NCBI GenBank assembly: GCA_041740355.1
Contig: JBGSMD010000051.1
Coordinates: 32,001-96,000 of the forward strand
Reading direction: 5' to 3'
DNA length: 64,000 bases
From: Bdellovibrionota bacterium
Lineage (GTDB): Bacteria > Bdellovibrionota_C > UBA2361 > CALJRW01
Each line of letters opens with the position of its first letter. Position 1 is the stretch's first letter. Under the pieces are notes generated by a model. It worked only from the letters and a program-made list of their open reading frames with translations, was not told the DNA's origin and did not search any database. This document shows, in pieces, positions 9,985-19,066 of the stretch. Position numbers and translations under genes: made by a program.

Positions 9985-10066
9985 GGTTGTTCGCCAATTT
10001 AATAATCGATTAAATAACAAGTAATATTACTAGGTTAGCAGTTAATTATAAATAACTTCAAAAATC

Positions 10067-10100
10067 GTTAGATATAAGGTATATATACCTTATATCTAAC
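10067..10100. repeat. Perfect 34-bp palindrome P2 (GTTAGATATAAGG-TATATATA-CCTTATATCTAAC)
   Basis: Read directly; shares 18-bp core TAAGGTATATATACCTTA with P1; ends 8 bp before the AbiEi-like ATG. Confidence 0.95.
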
Positions 10101-10108
10101 ATACTCAT

Positions 10109-10987
10109 ATGGTCACAAAACTTGAGCAAAAATCTTCTACAATAGTCGAATGGTTTGACCAACAGGAAACTCACGTTTTCAATCTTCCTCAACTCAGAAA
10201 AATATTGGAGGAACAACGTACAACTTGGAAACTACCAGATGGTGTTAGCACAAACGAATTTATTCAACATTTAATTGCAACTACTGCGTTGCAAAGAGTC
10301 TCAATCAACTCGGATCAGTATTCGCCATTTAAAAAATATATCTGGAGGAACCCAAGACCTTACGAGATTGCTTTATCATTAAAGGCAGATTCGTATCTTT
10401 CTCATGGCACCGCTGTTTTTCTTCATCACTTAAATGACCTTATCCCCTCTTCAATTTATGTTAATAAGGAACAAAGTAAGAAGCCCCAAAATACTGGTGT
10501 TTTAAATCAGGAAGGAATCGACCGGGCCTTCGCAAATAAGCAGAGAACATCAAATTATATTTTTTCATATGAGAAAAGTAGAATCACAATTTTAAGTGGG
10601 AAAAATACTGCTAAGCTTGGGGTCATTACAATCCTTGGTGAAAATCAGGAAGTTTTATCAATAACCAATATAGAAAGAACATTGATTGATATCAGCGTTC
10701 GTCCTGGTTATGGGGGCGGAGTATTTCAAGTCTTGCAGGCTTTTAAAGGAGCAAAGGATCAAGTTTCAATTTCTAAGCTTATTCAGATTTATAATAGTTT
10801 AAACTACACTTATCCTTATCATCAAGCTATTGGATTTTACATGGAGAAAGCTGGCTATCAAGAAGACCAACTTAAAGAATTAAGAAAACTTGGCATTACT
10901 CATGATTTTTATTTGGACTATGCAATTCCTAAACTGACAAAGGAATATAATTCTGAGTGGAGATTATTCTTCCCAAAAGGACTGTAG
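10109..10987 (+). CDS. AbiEi-like type IV antitoxin / transcriptional regulator
   Basis: SYLSHGTAVFLHHL and TNIERTLIDISVRPGYGGG motifs typical of AbiEi C-terminal domains. Confidence 0.75.
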   Translation: MVTKLEQKSSTIVEWFDQQETHVFNLPQLRKILEEQRTTWKLPDGVSTNEFIQHLIATTALQRVSINSDQYSPFKKYIWRNPRPYEIALSLKADSYLSHGTAVFLHHLNDLIPSSIYVNKEQSKKPQNTGVLNQEGIDRAFANKQRTSNYIFSYEKSRITILSGKNTAKLGVITILGENQEVLSITNIERTLIDISVRPGYGGGVFQVLQAFKGAKDQVSISKLIQIYNSLNYTYPYHQAIGFYMEKAGYQEDQLKELRKLGITHDFYLDYAIPKLTKEYNSEWRLFFPKGL

Positions 10988-11818
10988 CTTCTCCACCTGT
11001 TTCACAAGGAAATCAAAGTAATAATCAAAATCATAAGATTGATCATCAAAGGGAATACTGTCTTTAACAGCTAACCAATCGGCACTATGGAATTCTCTTA
11101 CTTGAGGGATTCTTGCTAGGAAAGTTAAGGGCACATCTTTGGCTTTAAAGATCTCTATTAATAATAATCTATTTGCGGAGGAGGTTAAGTCCAATGCTCT
11201 AGCTTGAATAATCTTATAAATATCAAAAAAATCTCTAGCTCTTGGCGTCTTATGAGCGTTGCCTGGATATCCATCCATCTGCTGACAAATGGCTCTAAGT
11301 TTTTCAATTGCTATCATTGCCGGTGAATAGACATAACAAGTAACTTCATCAATCTCAGCGAGTTCCTTTTCAGCGATAAATTCAAATGTGCTGATGTCGA
11401 TTTTAAATTTCTGACTTGAGTTCTTAGAATCAACTCGAAAAGATTGAATTCGCAACTTTTCTAGATTACCATTAAGCTTCTTCCATTTTTCAGACTCTAT
11501 AAGTTTAAATTCAAATTTATAACCTCCCCACTCAGGAATTTTACTACCCTTTTTAGGAAGCTTGGAAAGGTGTTCATCAAAAACTATTAAATCATATTTT
11601 AAAAATTCATGACTCAAGGCGTTTTTAAAGATTTGCTCAGTGCTTAAATCATCTGCAAATTCTTTTTCCATGGAGAAATCAATATCAACACTGGCACGGT
11701 GTCCAATTTCATGAATCAGTCCCAAGGCGTTACCACCTTTAAGAACAAGAATATTAAATAATTCTGGATCAGAGCAGATAGCTTTAATAATGCTTCGTCT
11801 AATGTTCTTTAGGTTCAC
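10964..11818 (-). CDS. AbiEii/AbiGii-family nucleotidyltransferase toxin
   Basis: LVLKGGNAL, HRASVDIDF, IAIEKLRAI, RARDFFDI motifs. Confidence 0.9.
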   Translation of the reverse strand: MNLKNIRRSIIKAICSDPELFNILVLKGGNALGLIHEIGHRASVDIDFSMEKEFADDLSTEQIFKNALSHEFLKYDLIVFDEHLSKLPKKGSKIPEWGGYKFEFKLIESEKWKKLNGNLEKLRIQSFRVDSKNSSQKFKIDISTFEFIAEKELAEIDEVTCYVYSPAMIAIEKLRAICQQMDGYPGNAHKTPRARDFFDIYKIIQARALDLTSSANRLLLIEIFKAKDVPLTFLARIPQVREFHSADWLAVKDSIPFDDQSYDFDYYFDFLVKQVEKLQSFWEE

Positions 11819-11854
11819 TTAACAATATCTAAAAATATGGGGGAAATTTAAATT

Positions 11855-12238
11855 TCATTTTTCTTGTCGCGCCTTGGCATCAAGAATGAATTGCATTAGC
11901 TTCTTGTACCTTCCAAATCTGATCATATCACGAGGGGATATGCCACCTAAAAGCGGATTCGATGCTTGAAACCAAATTGCTGTTTTTTGAGCATCTTTAA
12001 AAAATTCGCCAACCAATAAACAGATATTTCCTATTTGATCTAATCTGTCTTTTACTGCTTTTGGGATTTTTTCGTCATAACGGACTGACTGCTTACTAAC
12101 ACCAGTGAACTTGGAAACTTCATTCTTATCAAAGTTTAAAAACTCTGCTACCTTCGAAGGTATAATTTGCGAATTCTTTGTCAGACCTAAATAGTCTTTG
12201 GTGTAGGTATTTCCAAAAAGTTGTTCCACAGTTCCCAT
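11855..12238 (-). CDS. Xre/MbcA/ParS (DUF2384)-like antitoxin
   Basis: C-terminal WFQASNPLLGGISPRDMI motif; HTH-like N-terminus. Confidence 0.75.
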   Translation of the reverse strand: MGTVEQLFGNTYTKDYLGLTKNSQIIPSKVAEFLNFDKNEVSKFTGVSKQSVRYDEKIPKAVKDRLDQIGNICLLVGEFFKDAQKTAIWFQASNPLLGGISPRDMIRFGRYKKLMQFILDAKARQEK

Positions 12239-12459
12239 AATATTTCCTCTTATTTTAGCCTAAGCATATGTTAACCTAAACCAAACCATGATTCAACCAT
12301 TTTTAAACCAAAATACTTTGTTTTACATTTATGAGAATTTATCATGTAATTAAAGGTTTATTTGGACTTTAATTTACAAAATTATAGAAACTTATCGAAT
12401 CGGAGGCTAGAAAGTTGTACACAATGGATTACAATAATTAGTAATCTGTTAGAAAAATC

Positions 12460-12488
12460 TTGACTGCTTGTAGTTTTAAAACTACAAT
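12460..12488 (+). promoter_or_regulatory. Sigma70-type promoter with palindromic operator
   Basis: TTGACT (12460)-17 bp-TACAAT (12483); perfect 20-bp palindrome TTGTAGTTTT/AAAACTACAA at 12468-12487. Confidence 0.7.
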
Positions 12489-12515
12489 AAATTTATAAGA
12501 CTAAGAGAGCAATCT

Positions 12516-12812
12516 ATGCCAAGTATTAAGTACGATGATTATTTAATAAAATCATTAAAGAACAAGAAAGAAGCTGCTGCTTACCTCACAGCCTGCTTTG
12601 ATGACTCTGAAGAAGTTTTCTTACTCGGACTTAGAAATGTTGTGGAAGCTAATGGTGGAGTTAGTACTATGGCAAAAACCACAGAACTAAATCGTGAAAA
12701 TCTGTACAAGATCTTATCAGAAGATGGCAATCCAAAGCTATCAAGCCTTAGTAATATTCTTAAAGCTTTAGGGTTAAAAATTAGTATTAAGGACATTCGG
12801 GAAGTAGCGTAA
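12516..12812 (+). CDS. HI1420-type addiction-module antidote (HTH), copy 1, no toxin gene
   Basis: AAAYLTAC...LRNVVEANGGVSTMAKTTELNRENLYKILSEDGNPKL. Confidence 0.85.
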   Translation: MPSIKYDDYLIKSLKNKKEAAAYLTACFDDSEEVFLLGLRNVVEANGGVSTMAKTTELNRENLYKILSEDGNPKLSSLSNILKALGLKISIKDIREVA

Positions 12813-12887
12813 TATCTACAAGTAAATTCTTCTTGCTTTCTATATAGTCATGCTATATAACTATATAGGACAAATCTTAAAAATCCT

Positions 12888-13157
12888 ATGAAAATAAAGA
12901 ACAGAATTCACCCAGGGGAGCACCTTAAGGAAATATTAGACGAACTAGAAATTAATCAATCAAAACTCGCTAAACATATTGGCATTGAACCAGGTGTTAT
13001 TAACTTGATCTGTAACGGGAAGCGTGGAATCTCTGCGAGTATGGCTAAGAAGTTAGCAGCAGCACTTGGGACGAGTACGGAACTATGGATGAATCTGCAA
13101 ATGAGTTATGATTTAACAATGGCGGAGGAGCCTACGTTTGGTAAGATTCGGGCGTAG
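12888..13157 (+). CDS. higA: HigA-family antitoxin, orphan
   Basis: IHPGEHL, GKRGISASMA, LWMNLQ; TATATAG-TCATG-CTATATA inverted repeat upstream; no higB upstream. Confidence 0.88.
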   Translation: MKIKNRIHPGEHLKEILDELEINQSKLAKHIGIEPGVINLICNGKRGISASMAKKLAAALGTSTELWMNLQMSYDLTMAEEPTFGKIRA

Positions 13158-13222
13158 TTTCAACTAATGATTGCCATTGTTATTATGTATTTCTTTCAGA
13201 GCTAATGTCATCTCAATTCAAC

Positions 13223-13256
13223 TAGAAGTAGTAAGGTATATACCTTACTACTTCTA
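13223..13256. repeat. Perfect 34-bp palindrome P3 (TAGAAGTAGTAAGG-TATATA-CCTTACTACTTCTA)
   Basis: Same arms and same CAATTCAACT left flank as P1, centre shorter by one TA. Confidence 0.95.
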
Positions 13257-13310
13257 ATTAATTTCAAATTACACAATCTAATACAAATAAAGGCTTTATT
13301 GCTGAATTTC

Positions 13311-13339
13311 TTGACTGTTTGTAGTTCTAAAACTACAAT
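13311..13339 (+). promoter_or_regulatory. Duplicate of the 12460 promoter/operator
   Basis: TTGACT-17-TACAAT with TTGTAGTTCT/AAAACTACAA. Confidence 0.7.
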
Positions 13340-13366
13340 ATGTTTATAAGAATAAAAGATCGATTT

Positions 13367-13663
13367 ATGCCAAATATTAAGTACGATGATTATTTAATAA
13401 AATCATTAAAGAACAAGAAAGAAGCTGCTGCTTACCTCACCGCCTGCTTTGATGACTCTGAAGAAGTTTTCTTACTTGGACTTAGAAATGTTGTGGAGGC
13501 TAATGGCGGAGTTAGTACTATGGCGAAAACCACAGAACTAAATCGTGAAAATCTGTACAAGATCTTATCAGAAGATGGCAATCCAAAGCTATCAAGCCTT
13601 AGTAATATTCTTAAAGCTTTAGGGTTAAAAATTAGTATTAAGGACATACGGGAAGTAGTCTAA
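13367..13663 (+). CDS. HI1420-type antidote, copy 2, no toxin gene
   Basis: Near-identical to 12516-12812; start set at ATG 13367 by alignment. Confidence 0.85.
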   Translation: MPNIKYDDYLIKSLKNKKEAAAYLTACFDDSEEVFLLGLRNVVEANGGVSTMAKTTELNRENLYKILSEDGNPKLSSLSNILKALGLKISIKDIREVV

Positions 13664-13681
13664 ACTTAATAGTGAGTGCTT

Positions 13682-13972
13682 TTAAGCTACCAAATCAATA
13701 CTCGCATAACTCTTTGGATTTAACTGACTAAGCTCCCAATTGTTTTGTAGATTTAACCAAAATTGTGGGCTAGCACCAAGTGCTTTAGAAAGTTTTACCG
13801 ACATCTCGGCACTAATTCCTCTTTTGCCCCGACAGATTTCATTAATAGTTTTAGGAAGTACACCAATATGCTGTGCCAGAAAAGTTTGAGTTAATCCTAA
13901 AGATTGGAGTTCATCATTTAAAACTTTACCTGGATGAATATTGGTTAAATATGGAGTTTTATTTTTAGCCAT
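13682..13972 (-). CDS. higA: HigA antitoxin
   Basis: IHPGKVL, GKRGISAEMS, FWLNLQ; start likely ATG 13972, 10 bp after higB stop. Confidence 0.9.
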   Translation of the reverse strand: MAKNKTPYLTNIHPGKVLNDELQSLGLTQTFLAQHIGVLPKTINEICRGKRGISAEMSVKLSKALGASPQFWLNLQNNWELSQLNPKSYASIDLVA

Positions 13973-13982
13973 CTTTAAATCA

Positions 13983-14279
13983 TTAATGGTAATCAGTGAC
14001 TTCAACCATCTCGGCATTCTTATCCTTCCAAATGAAACAGATACGATACTGATCATTTATCCGGATACTTAATTGACCCTGACGATTGCCCTTTAAAACT
14101 TCCAGTCGATTACCTCTTAGACTCTGTAAGTCACTGAGTGAGGTCGCCGCTCCAAGTTTTGCAAATTTAATTCTACATAGCTCATGTAAGTTTTGTGGCA
14201 ATAACTTTAAAGATTTCTTAGTTATTACTCCTTGATGTATTTCTTCGGAGGATTTATTACGAAAGCTTAAGATTGCCAT
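13983..14279 (-). CDS. higB: HigB (RelE-family) toxin
   Basis: ILSFRNK, GNRLEVLKGNRQGQLSIRINDQYRICF, VEVTDYH. Confidence 0.92.
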   Translation of the reverse strand: MAILSFRNKSSEEIHQGVITKKSLKLLPQNLHELCRIKFAKLGAATSLSDLQSLRGNRLEVLKGNRQGQLSIRINDQYRICFIWKDKNAEMVEVTDYH

Positions 14280-14628
14280 CAGCTAATTACCACCATACCA
14301 GATAATGGTATAGTTATCAATAATAAAGTTAGAGTAAATTTAGGTCTAAATGATTTGTATTTAAGATCTTCAATCGAAGAAAAAGAGAATTTGTTGTCCT
14401 AAATTAACTAATGAATAGCTAAGAAAGACTTAGAAATTCATAATCCTAGTTAGACTTTTGGGGTGAGCTAATGGTGGCACAAGTTTCAAGGCAAAAAAGC
14501 ATTACAAAGCCAGTACCTTATTTATAAATCTACATTCCTAGCAATTCTACCTATATAAAGTCGATTAAAACAGTCATCTACAGTCAATATTAATTAAATA
14601 TCAATATGTTCTTTACAACATATGTGCT

Positions 14629-14724
14629 ATGAGTCATAATATTAATGAAGGTGCTTGGGAAGTCATATTTCATCCGATGTTTTTGAAAGAATTTCAAGCA
14701 AGGCTAGGGAGTATTAAAATATGA
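14629..14724 (+). pseudogene. Probable internally deleted RelE/HigB(Gp49-like) toxin remnant (31 codons)
   Basis: MSHNINEGAWEVIFHPMFLKEFQARLGSIKI*, stop overlaps the antitoxin start (ATGA). Confidence 0.55.
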
Positions 14725-15035
14725 GCAAAACTAGATTAGATGATTTTATCAAATCCTTACCTAAAAAACGTCAAGAGAAAATTAAAACCCGAGCACAAGA
14801 TTTAATTCTCAGAGAAATGTCGATACAGGAATTAAGAAAGTCCTCCGAAGTGACGCAAGATGAATTGGCGCTACTCCTCGGCATTGGACAGGATAATATC
14901 TCCAGAATGGAGAAACGTTTAGATATGAAAGTTTCCACCTTAAATAATTACATTAAGGCACTTGGTGGAAAGTTAAAGATAATCGTAGAGATGCCTGATG
15001 GGAAGCCGGTGAAAATCAGTGGATTATCTGATTAG
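14721..15035 (+). CDS. XRE-family HTH antitoxin
   Basis: LRKSSEVTQDELALLLGIGQDNISRMEKRLDMKVSTLNNYIKALGGKL. Confidence 0.85.
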   Translation: MSKTRLDDFIKSLPKKRQEKIKTRAQDLILREMSIQELRKSSEVTQDELALLLGIGQDNISRMEKRLDMKVSTLNNYIKALGGKLKIIVEMPDGKPVKISGLSD

Positions 15036-15049
15036 TTAATAATTGAGTC

Positions 15050-15134
15050 GAAAAAAATTCATTCTAGACCTTGGTGACCATCTAAATGATTAATGAATGG
15101 CGGAGGAGCCAAAGTTTAGGAAGATTCGGGCTTA
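15050..15134 (+). pseudogene. higA relic (N- and C-terminal ends only)
   Basis: 15097-15132 encodes MAEEPKFRKIRA vs MAEEPTFGKIRA at the end of the 12888 higA; upstream frameshifted KIH..PGDHLND resembles RIHPGEHLKE. Confidence 0.65.
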
Positions 15135-15321
15135 TAAGTAATCCTACTCGTGCATTGAATAACATTTTGTAATTTATTTTAGCAACTCAACAAATAAATT
15201 TTCGATTATTGTATATTTCTTAATCTGAAGTTTTTTGGCAACTCTGCAAGTTATTGAAATCCCCTTGAATTTAGGTCATATATTTGGTATGATAAATCGT
15301 AATACTTTTATAAATGACCTG

Positions 15322-15564
15322 ATGAGTACCAGTAAAGTTGCAATTACCATTGAAGAAGAAACTCTAAGAAGAATTGACGAGCTTGTAGCAAATGGTGTTT
15401 TTGCTAATCGTAGTAAAGCATTTCAAGCGGCACTGGAGGAGAAAATCCAGAGGATTGATCGTTTTCGACTGGCCAAAGAATCCAGTAAACTAAATCCAAA
15501 ACATGAGCAAAAAATGGCAGAAGAAGGTTTAAGTATTGATAACGAAGAATGGCCAGAATACTAA
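15322..15564 (+). CDS. Ribbon-helix-helix (CopG-like) antitoxin
   Basis: KVAITIEEETLRRIDELV...NRSKAFQAAL; overlaps the toxin gene; start likely ATG 15322. Confidence 0.85.
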   Translation: MSTSKVAITIEEETLRRIDELVANGVFANRSKAFQAALEEKIQRIDRFRLAKESSKLNPKHEQKMAEEGLSIDNEEWPEY

Positions 15565-15884
15565 GAGGAAGCATTTACTGGGCCGATCTTGATCCGACAA
15601 AAGGAAACGAACAAAGAGGACTACGTCCAGTATTAGTAATCAGTCATGATATTTTTAATAAGAATTCGGGGACTGTTATTGCTTTGGCACTTACCAGTCA
15701 AAAGCAAAGTGCTGGTTACCCACTAACCCTAAAAATTACCTCAGCAAAATTAGTTAAAGAATCTTGGATTAAGATCAGTCAAATACGCACGTTATCAACT
15801 GAGCGACTCGGAAAAAGACTTGGTGCGATTTCTGATAAAGAATTAGAGCTAGTAATTAATGGTCTTAATGAAATTATAAGTTAG
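15549..15884 (+). CDS. mazF: PemK/MazF-family endoribonuclease toxin
   Basis: RGSIYWADLDPTKGNEQRGLRPVLVIS, SQIRTLSTERL. Confidence 0.92.
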   Translation: MARILRGSIYWADLDPTKGNEQRGLRPVLVISHDIFNKNSGTVIALALTSQKQSAGYPLTLKITSAKLVKESWIKISQIRTLSTERLGKRLGAISDKELELVINGLNEIIS

Positions 15885-16167
15885 TATCTTTTTTTATCTT
15901 TAACTCTTAAGTTGCAAAACTATGAACTTATTCGGGCTTAATAAGAATTATCCAAGAAAATCTTTTCATCTGATTAATAAATACTTGAGTAGCAAAAGAT
16001 AGAATTCTCCAATTAAATTTATAGTATTTAGCAATAATAGCGACGGAACCCTTATGTAAGACTTTCCCTGAGGTAAGTATGTAAATACAGCTACTTTTAT
16101 TTATCTTGTATAAAGTGATCAAATTATAATGCTCTAAGCCCAATTTTAATCAATAAAAAATCTTCCT

Positions 16168-17223
<1,056 letters not shown>

Positions 17224-17254
17224 GTCGTTCAACCTTGAAAGACTATTAAAACAT

Positions 17255-17289
17255 TTAGGCTCTAAGAAGATATTCTTCTTAGAGCCTAA
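17255..17289. terminator. 16-bp stem hairpin, probable terminator between convergent genes
   Basis: TTAGGCTCTAAGAAGA-TAT-TCTTCTTAGAGCCTAA. Confidence 0.65.
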
Positions 17290-17409
17290 TCTCCCTTCCT
17301 CCCCTAATCTAACAAGTTAAATAAGAAGCAATCAGAGCAGTATCTTCTTTATAAATTTGAGTATCATCCAATTCTATTCCTAAGTCATATAAGAATAGAA
17401 TATAAGACT

Positions 17410-18207
17410 TCAGTCCTGTCTAGTTAGATCTTGAATAGGTTCCTTTAAACTACCTAGTTTAAATTGATGCCAATGCTCAAACTCATTATCTTCATTTGGC
17501 CCCAAGCAAATTAATTCCTTATTAAGATTTGGAAAAAGTTTTGTTATAAGATCGATCTTAATTGGTTTTTCGGTGATCGACGCACTTGGGCAATCGGCCG
17601 ACTTAACTCGAAAATCACTAATTCCACATCTTTGAAAATAATTTACGGCCACTCTTAGTAATCCACTTTGCCAGTTGGAATAGCGTTCACTCAAATTGCC
17701 ATTTTCAGATTTCTTAAGCTGATTCCAAACTCGGTCTAGTGAATATTTAACAGACGATTGCAAATGTAGCAGAGTTCCAACACCTTCTTTCAAATCAACT
17801 TTAAATCCTAAAGTACCGACTGATCCGGGATATGTGTCAGCTGGTCCTCCCCACCTAGAATGCCTGCCTGCCATATAATAAATACCGGCATCTTCCGGTC
17901 TAGGGAAGAAGACTAGCGTAAATTCAATCACTTTTTCTGAGCTAGGCTGAGTGCTAACGGCAATAGTTGCTCCACGTTTGGCTAATACAATCAACTGCAA
18001 TTCAGAATCTTTGGGAGGTTTTAAATAAACAGTCTGACCAGAAGCAATCTTTCCAACTAGCCCTTTCACAATTTCTGCTTTGGCGGGTAGCCAAACTGGA
18101 GATTTATGAAATTCCGCCAAAGAAAATATTTCCCCTTGAGGACTGGAAAAGCGGGGCAAATCACACTGAACAAACGCAGGCTGATTAGTCTTTGAGAGTA
18201 AATTCAT
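17410..18207 (-). CDS. Hypothetical protein
   Basis: 265-aa ORF, no recognised motif. Confidence 0.6.
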   Translation of the reverse strand: MNLLSKTNQPAFVQCDLPRFSSPQGEIFSLAEFHKSPVWLPAKAEIVKGLVGKIASGQTVYLKPPKDSELQLIVLAKRGATIAVSTQPSSEKVIEFTLVFFPRPEDAGIYYMAGRHSRWGGPADTYPGSVGTLGFKVDLKEGVGTLLHLQSSVKYSLDRVWNQLKKSENGNLSERYSNWQSGLLRVAVNYFQRCGISDFRVKSADCPSASITEKPIKIDLITKLFPNLNKELICLGPNEDNEFEHWHQFKLGSLKEPIQDLTRQD

Positions 18208-18235
18208 AAATAAGTTATGGAACCATCCACAAGAA

Positions 18236-19066
18236 GTGTCTTATAAAAAAGCACATTTACAGGGAGCTAAGCATAACTTTTCCATGGAATTATTAGATAA
18301 AACTGTATTTATTAGCCCGATTGGAACCTACTCCGAAGGATTTCGTGGCACTTTAACCGGTTATAGCTTCTCCCGAATTAAAACTGAATTTATTAGAGAC
18401 TTAAGTGAATTGCCCTTTACCTTGGGTTCTATCTTACACAGCGAAATTCCAATGAATAATCGAAGTGGAAATACTAGTGATATTGCTTATCTCGCCGAAA
18501 GAGTTATTGGTGAATGGCTAAAAAAACATGCGGAATATTCATTTCAACCTGATGCCCGCTATGTTTATCAATCAGCCAGTAAAAAAGATATGTGCATTTC
18601 TGCTAGAGCAAATGATTTTACAGTACTAGATGATGGATTGATTGTTAACGTGGAAGTAAAATATATTGCGAATGGCGGCGCCCCAAGAAGGACTCATCGT
18701 ATTCGTTCCGGCACGGAACAACTTAAAGCAACTTCTGAAATGATGGCGGTACTTTCTACGCAACTAGATCCAGAATCAGCTCCGTTAAAACCTGAAAACG
18801 TAATTGTAGTTATTCGCAAGAATCCAAGAGATAACCAACAGGTCAGAGATGGAGTTGTCAGTCGCCCACAAAGAATATTCAATGATTTGCTAGCAACTGC
18901 TCGAACTGACAACGAAGACAATCAAATGCCTCGATTAATTATGAGCTATCAAGATCTTGCTAGGATTTTTAAAAATCTTTATCCAGCGCATCAACCGAGC
19001 AAAGAATTTTCAGTGACAGAGGAATCCATGGCAGAGCTCCGTACCTTTATAGCCAAAAATAATTAG
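18236..19066 (+). CDS. Hypothetical protein, possible PD-(D/E)XK nuclease fold
   Basis: NDFTVLDDGLIVNVEVKY followed by EQL; start uncertain. Confidence 0.5.
   Translation: MSYKKAHLQGAKHNFSMELLDKTVFISPIGTYSEGFRGTLTGYSFSRIKTEFIRDLSELPFTLGSILHSEIPMNNRSGNTSDIAYLAERVIGEWLKKHAEYSFQPDARYVYQSASKKDMCISARANDFTVLDDGLIVNVEVKYIANGGAPRRTHRIRSGTEQLKATSEMMAVLSTQLDPESAPLKPENVIVVIRKNPRDNQQVRDGVVSRPQRIFNDLLATARTDNEDNQMPRLIMSYQDLARIFKNLYPAHQPSKEFSVTEESMAELRTFIAKNN

Noticed and set aside
12490-12530. Possible toxin C-terminal remnant (YKxKRxIYAKY*) overlapping both HI1420-type starts
   Set aside because: Too short and partly dictated by the antitoxin coding sequence
12581-13647. Two identical 71-aa minus-strand ORFs as possible hidden toxins
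   Set aside because: Antisense to the duplicated antidote genes; identity follows from the duplication and there is no toxin motif
13973-14056. Extended starts in the ORF track (higA 14056; also 8746, 13340, 15235, 49452, 49399, 56063)
   Set aside because: Extensions overlap neighbouring genes or promoters; downstream ATGs fit the families better
9850-15950. Integron cassette array
   Set aside because: No intI, no convincing RYYYAAC...GTTRRRY attC sites seen, and genes are in mixed orientations
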